Virus record (IMG/VR): IMGVR_UViG_3300009682_000003
Span: 8,724 to 72,723 of that record
Origin: a virus
Taxonomy: Duplodnaviria > Caudoviricetes
Direction: 5' to 3' (one strand)
Length of the DNA stretch: 64,000 bases
The translations under genes were made by a program, and so were the position numbers. This document shows positions 26,452 through 35,607 of this stretch, piece after piece; position 1 is the first letter of the stretch, and every line of letters begins with the position of its first letter. Under the pieces are notes generated by a model, which was not told the DNA's origin, searched no databases, and saw only the letters and a list, made by a program, of their open reading frames with translations.

Positions 26452-28563
26452 CTACTTCACCACCATCGACTCGTTGGTCGCCGGAATGCCTGCCCACATG
26501 CGCTTCATGAGGTTCAGGCGGGACAGTTGCAGCTTGCGCGCGGCGTCGACCATGTCGACGATCTCCGCGACGGGTTGCGCCTCTTCGCCCACGGGTCCGC
26601 CCCCGGAGGGCATGTCGGGCTGCATGGGCTCGGCGTAGCCGGGCTGCGCCGCGCCGTTGCCGACCGGCACCTCGTAGCCGCCATTGCCGGCGGCGCGCTG
26701 GGGCCGACCGCTGCGGCAGTCACGCCCGCACTGGCAGTTCACGGACTCGCAGTTGCAGTTGGGGCAGGTTTCCTTGCCCTTGGTGCCGCACCCGCAGTGC
26801 TCGAACCACCCGGGGGCTCCCACCTGGCCGCTGTCCACGCTGCCCTTGGGAGGCTCGCCCACACCAGTGCGCGCGACCGGCCCGAAGTCCATTCCACGTC
26901 CGCCGAAGCCGGGGACCGGAGGCGGCGGGGCGGGCATCGCCATGGGGCGACCGATCATCCCGGGCCAGCCGGCGGCCTGACCGTTGCCGCCGTACACGAC
27001 CTCCTCGGCGCTGGTCGGCGTCGAGGTGGACGGCGGGAGCGCAGGCACGGAGCCCTGCTGCGTCCAGTCCTGCTTGTCGGCGTACAGCCGGTTCGACCAC
27101 GTCTTCTCCGCGGGTCCGGTCGCCTTCCAGATCGCCGGCATGATGTGGTCCTGCGTGACCTGGAAGAAGAGCTTGAACAGGAAGCCCGCGGCAACGCCGT
27201 ACATGCCGGCTGCGGCGTACTGCGAGTAGCGCGCGGTGAAGTAGCCGCCGCCGCCGAACACGGCAGCGCCCGCCGCTTGCGCGAGCATGCGTCCCGCGGA
27301 GGCCTTCGTGCGGATCGCCAGCGCGGCCTCGGTGCCGTACTGGGGCTCCTTCGCGTCGGGCTTGGCCATCGTCGCGATGGTGCGGTCGACCAACTCTGCG
27401 CCGACGACGCCGAACAGGCAGCCGAGGGCCGCGACGCCCATGGTCGTGGCATCCCACTCCACCACCGGGTTTTCCTTGGGGAACACGCGCTTGATCGAGA
27501 TCACGGCGTTGCTCTGCGGGGCGAAGTACTTGCCGCTCGGGACCATGCCCTTGGGCGAGCGCTTACCGCGCGTCGTGGTCGCCTTGGGCTTGGGAGCGCG
27601 AGGCGGCTTCGGCGCAGCAGCCGCCGCAGGCGCGGCAGCCGGCGTGCCCATTGCCTGCCAGGCCTTCTCCAGGTTCTTCATCGCGATCTCGCGGCGCTGT
27701 TCCTTCGACAGGCCCTTCTTCGCGGGAGCCTTCTTTTCCGCGACCTCGGATGCCTCGCGTCCGCGGCGAGGCTTGGCCTTCGCCTTGCCCCTGCTGCGCG
27801 TGCCTGCCTTGACGCCGCGCGCGCTCCACGCCTTCTGGAGGTTGCGCATTGCAATTGCGCGGCGCTCGGCCTTGGTGAGCTTCTTCTTCGCCATGTTCGT
27901 GACCCTCGTTGGTTGTGGACTCTCGGCGGCGCGACCAAGCACAGCCGCATGCAACGCACTTGGCGCGTGCGCCGTGATTCCAAACCGCGCATACGCCTTC
28001 AGAATGTTCTGCCTGATCTTCTCGTACTCGTTGGGCGTGTAGTACCCACGCGGGAACCAAGTGTTGAGAAGCCCCATCGCCGCGATTGCGTGTTGGGCGT
28101 CGTTGATCGGAAAGCGCCGGTTCTTGGGGTCCGCGAAGGCGCTGTCGGGCAGATCGTCGCGCGCCGCCTTGGTCAGCTTTTCGTCTGCCTCGCGCGGAGC
28201 GATGAGCATGCTGCCTCGCTCGACGACCTCGCCCTTGCGCACCGCCGCGTCTACCACCGCGCGCGCCTCTTCGAGCTCAAAGCCGGAGTCAACGAGCGCG
28301 GCGATGGCGCCCTCGCGGTACATGGCCCCATCCCGAATCGCGCTCATTGCTTCGCCTGCTGGCGCCGTCGCAGCGCCAACGGGCAGCAAGCTGTCCATCG
28401 CGATTGCCCAGTGCTTGCCTTGCACCCCTTGCTGGATCACGCGCTCGTGCATGCTCGACGGCACGTTCGCTCGCGCAAGAAATCTGCGCGCCGACTCGAG
28501 CGTCATCGAGCCTCGCTTGCGGAACTCCGCAACGAGCCGTTTGCGTGCTTCAGCTTCGGTCAT
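26452..28563 (-). CDS. Multi-domain basic membrane protein (DUF6582-like + Lys-rich repeats + TMs)
   Basis: KLTKAARDDLPDSAFADPKNRRFPIND motif; two RxxIAMxNLxKAW repeats; TM segments; Cys cluster; ATGA coupling at 28563. Confidence 0.8.
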   Translation of the reverse strand: MTEAEARKRLVAEFRKRGSMTLESARRFLARANVPSSMHERVIQQGVQGKHWAIAMDSLLPVGAATAPAGEAMSAIRDGAMYREGAIAALVDSGFELEEARAVVDAAVRKGEVVERGSMLIAPREADEKLTKAARDDLPDSAFADPKNRRFPINDAQHAIAAMGLLNTWFPRGYYTPNEYEKIRQNILKAYARFGITAHAPSALHAAVLGRAAESPQPTRVTNMAKKKLTKAERRAIAMRNLQKAWSARGVKAGTRSRGKAKAKPRRGREASEVAEKKAPAKKGLSKEQRREIAMKNLEKAWQAMGTPAAAPAAAAAPKPPRAPKPKATTTRGKRSPKGMVPSGKYFAPQSNAVISIKRVFPKENPVVEWDATTMGVAALGCLFGVVGAELVDRTIATMAKPDAKEPQYGTEAALAIRTKASAGRMLAQAAGAAVFGGGGYFTARYSQYAAAGMYGVAAGFLFKLFFQVTQDHIMPAIWKATGPAEKTWSNRLYADKQDWTQQGSVPALPPSTSTPTSAEEVVYGGNGQAAGWPGMIGRPMAMPAPPPPVPGFGGRGMDFGPVARTGVGEPPKGSVDSGQVGAPGWFEHCGCGTKGKETCPNCNCESVNCQCGRDCRSGRPQRAAGNGGYEVPVGNGAAQPGYAEPMQPDMPSGGGPVGEEAQPVAEIVDMVDAARKLQLSRLNLMKRMWAGIPATNESMVVK

Positions 28564-28997
28564 GGCCAGACGAAGCCGCGTTCGTCGACCACGCACCCAT
28601 CGGGCAACACGAGCATGTAGCCGAGGCCTTGCTCGTGAAAGAAGAACGGACACGGCACACTGAAACGGTGCCTGTACCGCCCCTTCCGTTTGCCTCTTCG
28701 TGCGTAGTAGAGAACCACGGCATCGTCGAAACGCTGCCAGAGTGGCGAAGGGATTTCAACAGTCGCGCGCGTTAGCTGTGCTGACTTTCCGAAGTAATTT
28801 CGCGCAGCTACAAGCTCACCCTTGCTCAGTCTTGCGCACTCTTGTGCCGCTTTGGTGTACGGGAGCACAAGGAATGTGCACCTGTCCACAAGCCGTCCCT
28901 CAGTGTCGTGCACAAGCCCCCAGTCGTCGGGCAGCTCGATCAGGCCCCCGTCCGCCAGTTCAACGCGAACAAGATCTCCCTTGACTACGAGAGCCAA
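28560..28997 (-). CDS. Hypothetical protein
   Basis: TTG start at 28997 with GGAGG SD; YYARRGKRKGRYRHRF motif. Confidence 0.65.
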   Translation of the reverse strand: MALVVKGDLVRVELADGGLIELPDDWGLVHDTEGRLVDRCTFLVLPYTKAAQECARLSKGELVAARNYFGKSAQLTRATVEIPSPLWQRFDDAVVLYYARRGKRKGRYRHRFSVPCPFFFHEQGLGYMLVLPDGCVVDERGFVWP

Positions 28998-29746
28998 CCT
29001 TTGCCTCCAAGGAACCACGGCCTCACGCCAGCGATGAGCAAGCCGCCAGTCGCTACGGCAACGATCGCGAAACCCAAGGCGGCGCCCTTCGCCGCTACTT
29101 CGTCGTCCCACCGCAGCGAGCCGCTCTCCCAGCCTGCAAGAAGCACTGGCTTGATCGTTCCCACGACGCCGCTTGGCTGCTGCCACGAGTAGCCGTGCGC
29201 CACCGCTGTGTTGTACGCCGCCAGGATCTTGTTGACGTAACCGCAGTCGGTCTTGAGCCCCCACTGATCCTCGTCGCAGCACACGATCGTGCCGTCCTTC
29301 TTCTTGCGACAGTACACGCCGCACCGAGGCTTGCCGGCGTTGTAGGCCGCAGCGGAACTCACGAGGTTGCCATTGTACCGCTTCAGGTTCGAGGCGATCA
29401 GCTTCGCTCCGAGGTCGACGTTGACGAACGGTTCCGTCGCTGCGTCCTTGTCGACCGGCGTTCCGGCTGGGATACCGGCGAGGCCGTTGTACGTCTCGGG
29501 CATGAGCTGCATGAGCCCGAGCGCGCCGGCCCAGCTCACTGCGTTCGCGTCGCCCCCCGATTCGACCGCCATGAACGCAGCGATGATCGCCTGCGGCACC
29601 CCCCTGCGCTCGCTCACTTCGTCGATGATCGAGCGCCAGCGATCCACGCCGGTCGGCCACCGTGTCGTCTGCGGGTAGGTGCCGCCGACCGAGATCCTGC
29701 CATCGGGTTCGAGCACCGCGACGGCCTCCGTGCACGGGCTTTTCAT
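28985..29746 (-). CDS. Lytic transglycosylase (SLT) with C-terminal membrane anchor
   Basis: AFMAVESGG, GALGLMQLMPET, NVDLGAKLI, AAYNAG; C-terminal TM. Confidence 0.92.
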   Translation of the reverse strand: MKSPCTEAVAVLEPDGRISVGGTYPQTTRWPTGVDRWRSIIDEVSERRGVPQAIIAAFMAVESGGDANAVSWAGALGLMQLMPETYNGLAGIPAGTPVDKDAATEPFVNVDLGAKLIASNLKRYNGNLVSSAAAYNAGKPRCGVYCRKKKDGTIVCCDEDQWGLKTDCGYVNKILAAYNTAVAHGYSWQQPSGVVGTIKPVLLAGWESGSLRWDDEVAAKGAALGFAIVAVATGGLLIAGVRPWFLGGKGWLS

Positions 29747-30552
29747 CGCTTCCACTTCGACCTCCACGCGAGCGCTGCGAGCCCGGCTGCGACGACCAGG
29801 CCCACGCCAACGATCACGGCGGTTCCACCGGGGCCGCCGCCAGGCTTCGCTTGATCCGTCGCCCACGGTGGCGCTCCCTGCGTCGGAGGGTTCGCCCACC
29901 TTTCGATGATCGGGGCAGCGAGCAGCTTTGCATGCTCACCGTGGCTGATCGTCGTCCCGAAGTCGGCGTACAGGAACGAGCCTCGCGTGCGAACGCTCAG
30001 CGGTTGCGGCAGATCCTTGGGCCAGTAAAGCGCGCCGTCGTCGAGCGGCTCGATGCGCTGGAGCATCCACTTGACGTACTCGTTGCACGACGAGTAGTTC
30101 GCACCTCCGAAGCCGCTCGCGGTCACGACCATCACGCAATCGCCACGCACCGCGCGCTGAGCCGCTGCCAGGTAGCCTTCCTTCGTCGCGCCGTAGTAGC
30201 TGTCGAAGAGCATCACGGCGGACACGCGATCGGCGCTTTGCTTCAGGATCGGGTTGAGCAAGCCGTGGCCTGCGCTGAAGCTCGCAAGCGTGACCTTGCC
30301 GGCGTCGGTGATGCCCGACTTCGCCAGCAGCGCTCCGAGGATGTCGCTACCGAGCGACGAGGCCAGCCTTCCGAACGCCGAACTTCCGATGCACGACACG
30401 GTGTGCTCGGTCGTCCAGCCTGCCATGCTCCCCGCGCAGTCGTACTGGTCGGAGATCCCCTTGTTCACCACGAGCACGACGGTGGGCTGCCGCCACTTGA
30501 CGGAGCGAAGCTCGCCAGAGATCGGGCCTGCCCACACAACGGCGTCACGCAC
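29743..30552 (-). CDS. Alpha/beta-hydrolase-fold protein with C-terminal membrane anchor
   Basis: VTLASFSAGH nucleophile elbow, VMLFDSYY, late His (SHGEH); C-terminal TM. Confidence 0.75.
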   Translation of the reverse strand: MRDAVVWAGPISGELRSVKWRQPTVVLVVNKGISDQYDCAGSMAGWTTEHTVSCIGSSAFGRLASSLGSDILGALLAKSGITDAGKVTLASFSAGHGLLNPILKQSADRVSAVMLFDSYYGATKEGYLAAAQRAVRGDCVMVVTASGFGGANYSSCNEYVKWMLQRIEPLDDGALYWPKDLPQPLSVRTRGSFLYADFGTTISHGEHAKLLAAPIIERWANPPTQGAPPWATDQAKPGGGPGGTAVIVGVGLVVAAGLAALAWRSKWKR

Positions 30553-31705
30553 GAGTCACCGCCTGCGCCACCTTCACCCCGAGGTAGCCGGCGGCTGCTC
30601 CGATTGCGAAGGACAGCGCGGCGCCAGCGGCGCTTGTGCCCTCTTCCTTGGCGCCGGGCACGGTCGGAGGCGTTCCCGCTGGTGGCGTGTTCGTTGCGGG
30701 AGGGGGCGTCGCTCCCGACGCCCAGCGCTTCCAGTTCAAGCTGTAGTCCTGCGTGCCGTTCCAGTCCTGCTTGGGGATCGTCACCCCGCCTGGGTTCACT
30801 TGTTCGCAGTCGCTGGCGGGCGGCTGTCCGACGCCAGCGATCATGCCGGTGATGCACACGCCCTTGTTCGGGTCTTGCTCGTTCCAGCGATCGACAACGA
30901 GCTTCTCGAACACGCGAGGCAGCACGCGCAGCGCCTGGTACTTGTGGTCGCCCACCCCGGTGGGATCGAGGTTGTTGAACCCCATGATCACCATGCCGTT
31001 CTTCTTGATGTAGTACCTGTCGGGGCTGTGCGTGTAGATCGTTTGCGGATAGGACACGCCGCCGGGCAGCTTGCCCGCAGGCGCGACATACGGTGGCACC
31101 TCGTCCACGTCGTAGGTTCCAGGCGGAAGCTCCTCCCAGTCCTCGGGCCAGTCACCGAGAGCATACAAAAGGATCAGCGCCGCGGTGCGCGTGGTGCTCG
31201 CGAACTTGTACGGCGGGTAGAGCTGGTCACCGATCGCGCTGTGCGTGATGATGCAGTGACGCCTGCCGATCGGCGCCTTCGAGTCAGCGGGAAGCCCGTT
31301 CGCGGCGATTGTGGCGAACTCGATCCACGGAGCGAGCGCTGGGATGCTCACGTTAGACCTGTCCTTGTTCGGCTCGCCGTTGAATCCGGCGTGGATGCCG
31401 TCGATCGCGACCGCGGTGTCTACCAGGCCGGCGTCTTGGCTTTTGAGCAGCTCGCGCACGCCCTGGCACGACTCGCTGAAGCCGAGCAGAGCAACGCGCG
31501 CCGGCTGCACCTGGGTGCCCAGCTTGTCGCGCACGAGCTTGCGGATCGGCTGCGGCCCCCAGCTCGCGACTTGCTCGCGGTAGCCTCGGTTGGGAGGCGT
31601 GGGCACGGTGATGAAAACGACGGGGCGCTGGAACTTCGCCTGCACCTCTTTGGGTACGGAGGCGAAGCTCCACGAGATCACGACGTCGCGTTGTTCGGTT
31701 GCCAT
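30545..31705 (-). CDS. Second alpha/beta-hydrolase-fold protein with C-terminal membrane anchor
   Basis: VALLGFSESC, VAIDGIHA, GDHKYQA; P/T linker; C-terminal TM. Confidence 0.72.
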   Translation of the reverse strand: MATEQRDVVISWSFASVPKEVQAKFQRPVVFITVPTPPNRGYREQVASWGPQPIRKLVRDKLGTQVQPARVALLGFSESCQGVRELLKSQDAGLVDTAVAIDGIHAGFNGEPNKDRSNVSIPALAPWIEFATIAANGLPADSKAPIGRRHCIITHSAIGDQLYPPYKFASTTRTAALILLYALGDWPEDWEELPPGTYDVDEVPPYVAPAGKLPGGVSYPQTIYTHSPDRYYIKKNGMVIMGFNNLDPTGVGDHKYQALRVLPRVFEKLVVDRWNEQDPNKGVCITGMIAGVGQPPASDCEQVNPGGVTIPKQDWNGTQDYSLNWKRWASGATPPPATNTPPAGTPPTVPGAKEEGTSAAGAALSFAIGAAAGYLGVKVAQAVTRA

Positions 31706-31713
31706 GGCTCACC

Positions 31714-33219
31714 TCACCCGTACATGGGCAGCATGGGGTACGGGCTCGGATAGCCCATCATGCCGCCGTAGCGGCGGCGCGAAGAGAACGCCGACACCGC
31801 GTACACGAGCGCGGCGGCGGCTCCCAAGCCCACAACGGAGATCCCCACGATCTTCGCGGTTTGGGCGAACTCGGTGAGCGGGTCGTGCTTTTGCGTCTCG
31901 GCCTGTGCGGCTGCTTGCTGCTGTGCGGTTTCGCCCAGCGAGCGCATGAGCCGCTCGACCTCTTGGGGCGTGTAGCGCTTCGACAGCTCGGCCTGGTGCT
32001 CGATGAGATCCTTGCGCCTCCTTCGCTCGATGTAGTCCTTCGCGGTGCTCGCGGCGGCAACCACGGCAATGGCGCCCGCGATCGTCGCGGCGATCACGAT
32101 GATCACGACGCCGGCTCCGATTTGCGGCGCGGCCCCAACGAAGCCCGCTGGGATCACGCTCGCGACCGTCTGGTCGTTCGAGGTCAGGATGATCTCTCCG
32201 TCTCCCTTTACGTAAACGGCTGGCTCGTACGAGTAGGCGACGGGTCCGGTCCTGCCGGTCGCCTGATCCGTCTCGACGCGGCGCTTGCCGTCCGCTGCGT
32301 CCTTCGAGTAGGCCGCGGTGACGGTCGCGATCTTGTCGAGGTTGCGCAAGCGGTCCTCGTGCTCTTGTGTCCACTGTCCCTCGCCGCCAGCGTACACGTA
32401 CTGGTCGACGACGGGCTTGCCCATCGCTTCGCGCGTCGCGCGCATAAGCAGGTAGGAGCGCACGAGGTCGCCCTGCGCCTGCCTGAGCTTGCCGTACACC
32501 GCAGCAAACGCCGCTTGCGTCGCGGCGAGATCCTGCCCCGTCAAGGGCACCAGCTCAGTTGCCATGGTTCCTCCAGTTGCTGGCTGGCCTACGCCAACCG
32601 CGATGCTCGGTGGGCTCCCAACCCCGACGAAGTCTCCGTTCACCCTCGGCTTGAGAGCCGGCGGCGAGGCGTCACAGCGGCCCGCCCGATCGCACAGAAC
32701 TTCCAGCTCGGGGACGCTGACCCAAACCTCTTGCGAGGGAGGCCGGCTCGTGCCGAAAGCGAAGCGCGCGGACGGGTCCGCGTAGTGCCACTGGTGGCCG
32801 TCCCAGGCCGAGGCAAGGACGTGTTCGAGCGCGGTGTCCTCGTAACGGTGCGCGACGACGGCAGCCCTGATCCCGACCGATTCCCACGCCGCCACGAGCG
32901 CGACGACGAGGTCGTCGCAATCCCCTCCGTTCAGCGTGAGGCCTTCGCAGTCTGCCACCACGCAGTCGGCGGCGACGATAAGCTCGGCGTCGACCGGGTC
33001 GGGCACGTAGATTTTTTCGCGCACCAGGCCGTCGTAGATCGCGCGCGCTCGCTCGAGCGTCGAGGTGGGAGAACCGGCCTCCCTGATCTTGTCGATCGCC
33101 CACTTGCGCACCCACACGTTGCGGCGACCGCTCGCGGCCTTCTCTGCTGTCTTCCACACCGATCGCCAGGCCCCCACCTGGCCTCTTGGGTGCGTGCCCA
33201 GCTCGACGCGCGGAGACAT
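31714..33219 (-). CDS. Transglutaminase-like (Cys-His-Asp) protein fused to a membrane domain
   Basis: GGDCDDLVVAL, EHVL, YADPS; two C-terminal TMs; internal GGAGG-ATG at 32565. Confidence 0.85.
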   Translation of the reverse strand: MSPRVELGTHPRGQVGAWRSVWKTAEKAASGRRNVWVRKWAIDKIREAGSPTSTLERARAIYDGLVREKIYVPDPVDAELIVAADCVVADCEGLTLNGGDCDDLVVALVAAWESVGIRAAVVAHRYEDTALEHVLASAWDGHQWHYADPSARFAFGTSRPPSQEVWVSVPELEVLCDRAGRCDASPPALKPRVNGDFVGVGSPPSIAVGVGQPATGGTMATELVPLTGQDLAATQAAFAAVYGKLRQAQGDLVRSYLLMRATREAMGKPVVDQYVYAGGEGQWTQEHEDRLRNLDKIATVTAAYSKDAADGKRRVETDQATGRTGPVAYSYEPAVYVKGDGEIILTSNDQTVASVIPAGFVGAAPQIGAGVVIIVIAATIAGAIAVVAAASTAKDYIERRRRKDLIEHQAELSKRYTPQEVERLMRSLGETAQQQAAAQAETQKHDPLTEFAQTAKIVGISVVGLGAAAALVYAVSAFSSRRRYGGMMGYPSPYPMLPMYG

Positions 33220-33222
33220 GGC

Positions 33223-33606
33223 TCACCCTCCGTAGCGCAGGTTGATCGTGTGCATCGGCGGGTGATAGCTGCCGGTGTGGGGCGTAACCGGAATCCAGCC
33301 GCACCTGCCCTTGACCAGCACTTCCGCCTCGTCGACCACGGCCTGCGTCGACATGCACTTGCCCTGCACGCAGGTCGGCAGCCCTGCCGCAACCATGGCG
33401 CTCGCGAGCATGAGCGACGCCCTTGCGTCGCCCCCTTGGATAGCCTGGACGAACGGGGCGGCTATCGCCTGGGAGGCGTCAAACGGGTCAATGGCCCTCG
33501 CGCGGGACAGCACAAGGTGCACCCACTGCTTGAGCTCTGGCCGCATCGACGCCTGCCAAACGTCGCTGCCCAACGTCCTGAACGAGCATGCGCTGCACGG
33601 GAACAT
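33223..33606 (-). CDS. Degenerate transglutaminase-like paralogue
   Basis: QGGDARASLMLASAMVAAGL parallels NGGDCDDLVVALVAAWESVG but lacks the Cys. Confidence 0.55.
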   Translation of the reverse strand: MFPCSACSFRTLGSDVWQASMRPELKQWVHLVLSRARAIDPFDASQAIAAPFVQAIQGGDARASLMLASAMVAAGLPTCVQGKCMSTQAVVDEAEVLVKGRCGWIPVTPHTGSYHPPMHTINLRYGG

Positions 33607-33633
33607 GCCATGACGTTACACCAGCGCTGGCCG

Positions 33634-35595
33634 TCAGCCAATGTTGCCGAGGAGTGACGCGAGCGAGCCCACCATTTGCTGCGCTGCCGCTTGCTGCTGC
33701 GCGGTGGGTTGCTGCGGTGGCGGTTGCTGGGGGGGGGGTTGCTGAAACTGCGGAGCCGGGGGCCTCTGCTGCTGCGGGGGGACGACTCCAGAGGTGTTCA
33801 CTTGCGGGATCGCGCGAAGCAACGGAGCGACGTTGCTCACGTACTGGCGAAGCTCGTTGTACCGCTGGTTTGTCTCTTGGAGCTGCGCGACGAGCTGGCG
33901 CGTCTGCTCGCCCTCCGCAGCCTCGGCTTGCTTCTTCATGAACTCGGCGTAGCCCTTCAGCGCGCCGAAGATATTGTCCATGTTCAGGCCGAGCTGGTCG
34001 ACCAGCCCCATGGGCTTCTTGGTGACCGGGTCTATCGCGGTGCGCCACCCGTTGCGCTCGATGATGGCCGACTCGTCGCCCTCTTTCGCCGCCGAGGCGT
34101 TCTGCTGCTGCTGCGGCTCGATCTCGCGCATCATGTTGCGCAGGTTCATGACGAGCGACAGCGCCTGCTGCGCCGCCTCGACCGGGCCTGGCGGCGGCTG
34201 CGCCGGCTGCTGAGCTTGCTGCTGCGGCTGCGCCGGCTGCGCCGGCTGTTGCGGCTGCGGTGGCTGTTGCGACCACTGCTGCTGAACCCACTGTTGCTGC
34301 TGCCACGGGGGGAGCTGGAAAACCCAAGGCGGGATCTGTTGCACCCACGGTGGGAGCTGCATGGTCTGCTGCTGTGGGAACGGCTGCCCGATCTGCCCTT
34401 GCTGCCAGGGGGGCTGGCCCCACTGCCCTTGCTGTTGCTGCCAGGGGGGCTGGCCCCACTGCCCTTGCTGTTGCTGCCACGACTGCTGGGGCGCGCCGAA
34501 CCCTGGCTGCGGCTGCTGGGCCGCTGCCCTAGCTTGCGCTTGCGCGGACTCCAACACCGAGGAGATCCGGTCCTCCAAGTCGTCGAGCTTCGCGCGCAGC
34601 ATTTCGGCCTCTGGGTTGGGCGGCGGCGGCGGCGGCGGCGCTTGTGCAACCCCAGCCGCAGTAGGCTGCGCCGGGTGTTCGGAGGCCTGGGAGCTGCGCT
34701 TCGCGACGTCCGCCACCTGCTGTGCGAGCTGCCACATTTGCCACTGAAGCAACGTCCACTGCTCTCGCTCTTGCGCAGACTGTTGGGCAGGCGGCTGTCC
34801 CCACCCGCCTTGCCCCCACTGCTGCGGAAACTGCTGCGGCGGGAACTGCTGCGGCGGGAACTGCTGGGCCTGCGGCTGGCTCGGCGTCGGGACCGGCGGC
34901 TGAGCAGGCGCCGGGGCCGGGGGTGGTGGCTCGGGAGCTGCTGGCGCGGGCGCCGCAATATCCCGCGCGTAGCTCGCCAGCTTCTGTGTATCGTACGATG
35001 CAGGCCAGGGCTGGTGCATCCACGGGGGCATTCCGTTTCCGCCTTGTGCCCAGGGTGGCGGCTGCATCCAGGGCGGCATCTGTGCCCACCACGGTGGCTG
35101 CTGCTGCTGCTGCTGCGGCTGTTCCTGCCTCGTCGGTTCCTGTCGGGGAGGTTCGCCCATCATTCGCTCCTTCCAGCGGCGCTGCGCCTCGGGGTTCGCG
35201 GCCTTGACGATCTGGTCCTGCGCTCGAACGATGATGGGGCCGTCGTGGATCTTCCACTCGAAACTTGCTTCCTCGCCGTTCCAGTACCGCTCTTCGATAT
35301 GCCGCGTTAGGTCGTCGTACTGGGGCACCGCCGCGAGCGGCAGGCTGAAGCAATGCGCCTCGATCGGCCTCACCTGCGTGACAACTACCTTGAGCGCGCC
35401 GCCGTAGGCGCGCATCACTGGGTTGTATCGCATCGCTCCGCGGTTCTTCCACGACACGCGCGGCTTGCCGGCTTGCTTCTGAGCGATCACCGACGCGGCG
35501 ATCTCGCTCTCGCGCTTGGAGTCTTCGTCGAAGTACTCGGGCGTGTCCTGCTCGTCCTGCACCTCGTCGTCTTCGTCGTCGTCACGCTTCGCCAT
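33634..35595 (-). CDS. Gln/Pro/Trp-rich low-complexity protein (653 aa)
   Basis: GAGGTT SD; globular N-terminus, Q/P/G/W repeats, helical C-terminus. Confidence 0.85.
   Translation of the reverse strand: MAKRDDDEDDEVQDEQDTPEYFDEDSKRESEIAASVIAQKQAGKPRVSWKNRGAMRYNPVMRAYGGALKVVVTQVRPIEAHCFSLPLAAVPQYDDLTRHIEERYWNGEEASFEWKIHDGPIIVRAQDQIVKAANPEAQRRWKERMMGEPPRQEPTRQEQPQQQQQQPPWWAQMPPWMQPPPWAQGGNGMPPWMHQPWPASYDTQKLASYARDIAAPAPAAPEPPPPAPAPAQPPVPTPSQPQAQQFPPQQFPPQQFPQQWGQGGWGQPPAQQSAQEREQWTLLQWQMWQLAQQVADVAKRSSQASEHPAQPTAAGVAQAPPPPPPPNPEAEMLRAKLDDLEDRISSVLESAQAQARAAAQQPQPGFGAPQQSWQQQQGQWGQPPWQQQQGQWGQPPWQQGQIGQPFPQQQTMQLPPWVQQIPPWVFQLPPWQQQQWVQQQWSQQPPQPQQPAQPAQPQQQAQQPAQPPPGPVEAAQQALSLVMNLRNMMREIEPQQQQNASAAKEGDESAIIERNGWRTAIDPVTKKPMGLVDQLGLNMDNIFGALKGYAEFMKKQAEAAEGEQTRQLVAQLQETNQRYNELRQYVSNVAPLLRAIPQVNTSGVVPPQQQRPPAPQFQQPPPQQPPPQQPTAQQQAAAQQMVGSLASLLGNIG
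34399..34470. repeat. 36-bp tandem repeat x2 encoding QQGQWGQPPWQQ
   Basis: TTGCTGCCAGGGGGGCTGGCCCCACTGCCCTTGCTG twice. Confidence 0.85.
34987..35002 (+). repeat. 16-bp near-palindrome copy D (TGTATCGTACGATGCA)
   Basis: Read directly; exact reverse complement of copies C and F. Confidence 0.9.
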
Positions 35596-35607
35596 GCGAA
35601 CCTCTTG

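Noticed and set aside
28968-28980. Non-canonical GTT start behind a GGGAG SD
   Set aside because: An in-frame TTG at 28997 with a GGAGG SD explains the gene.
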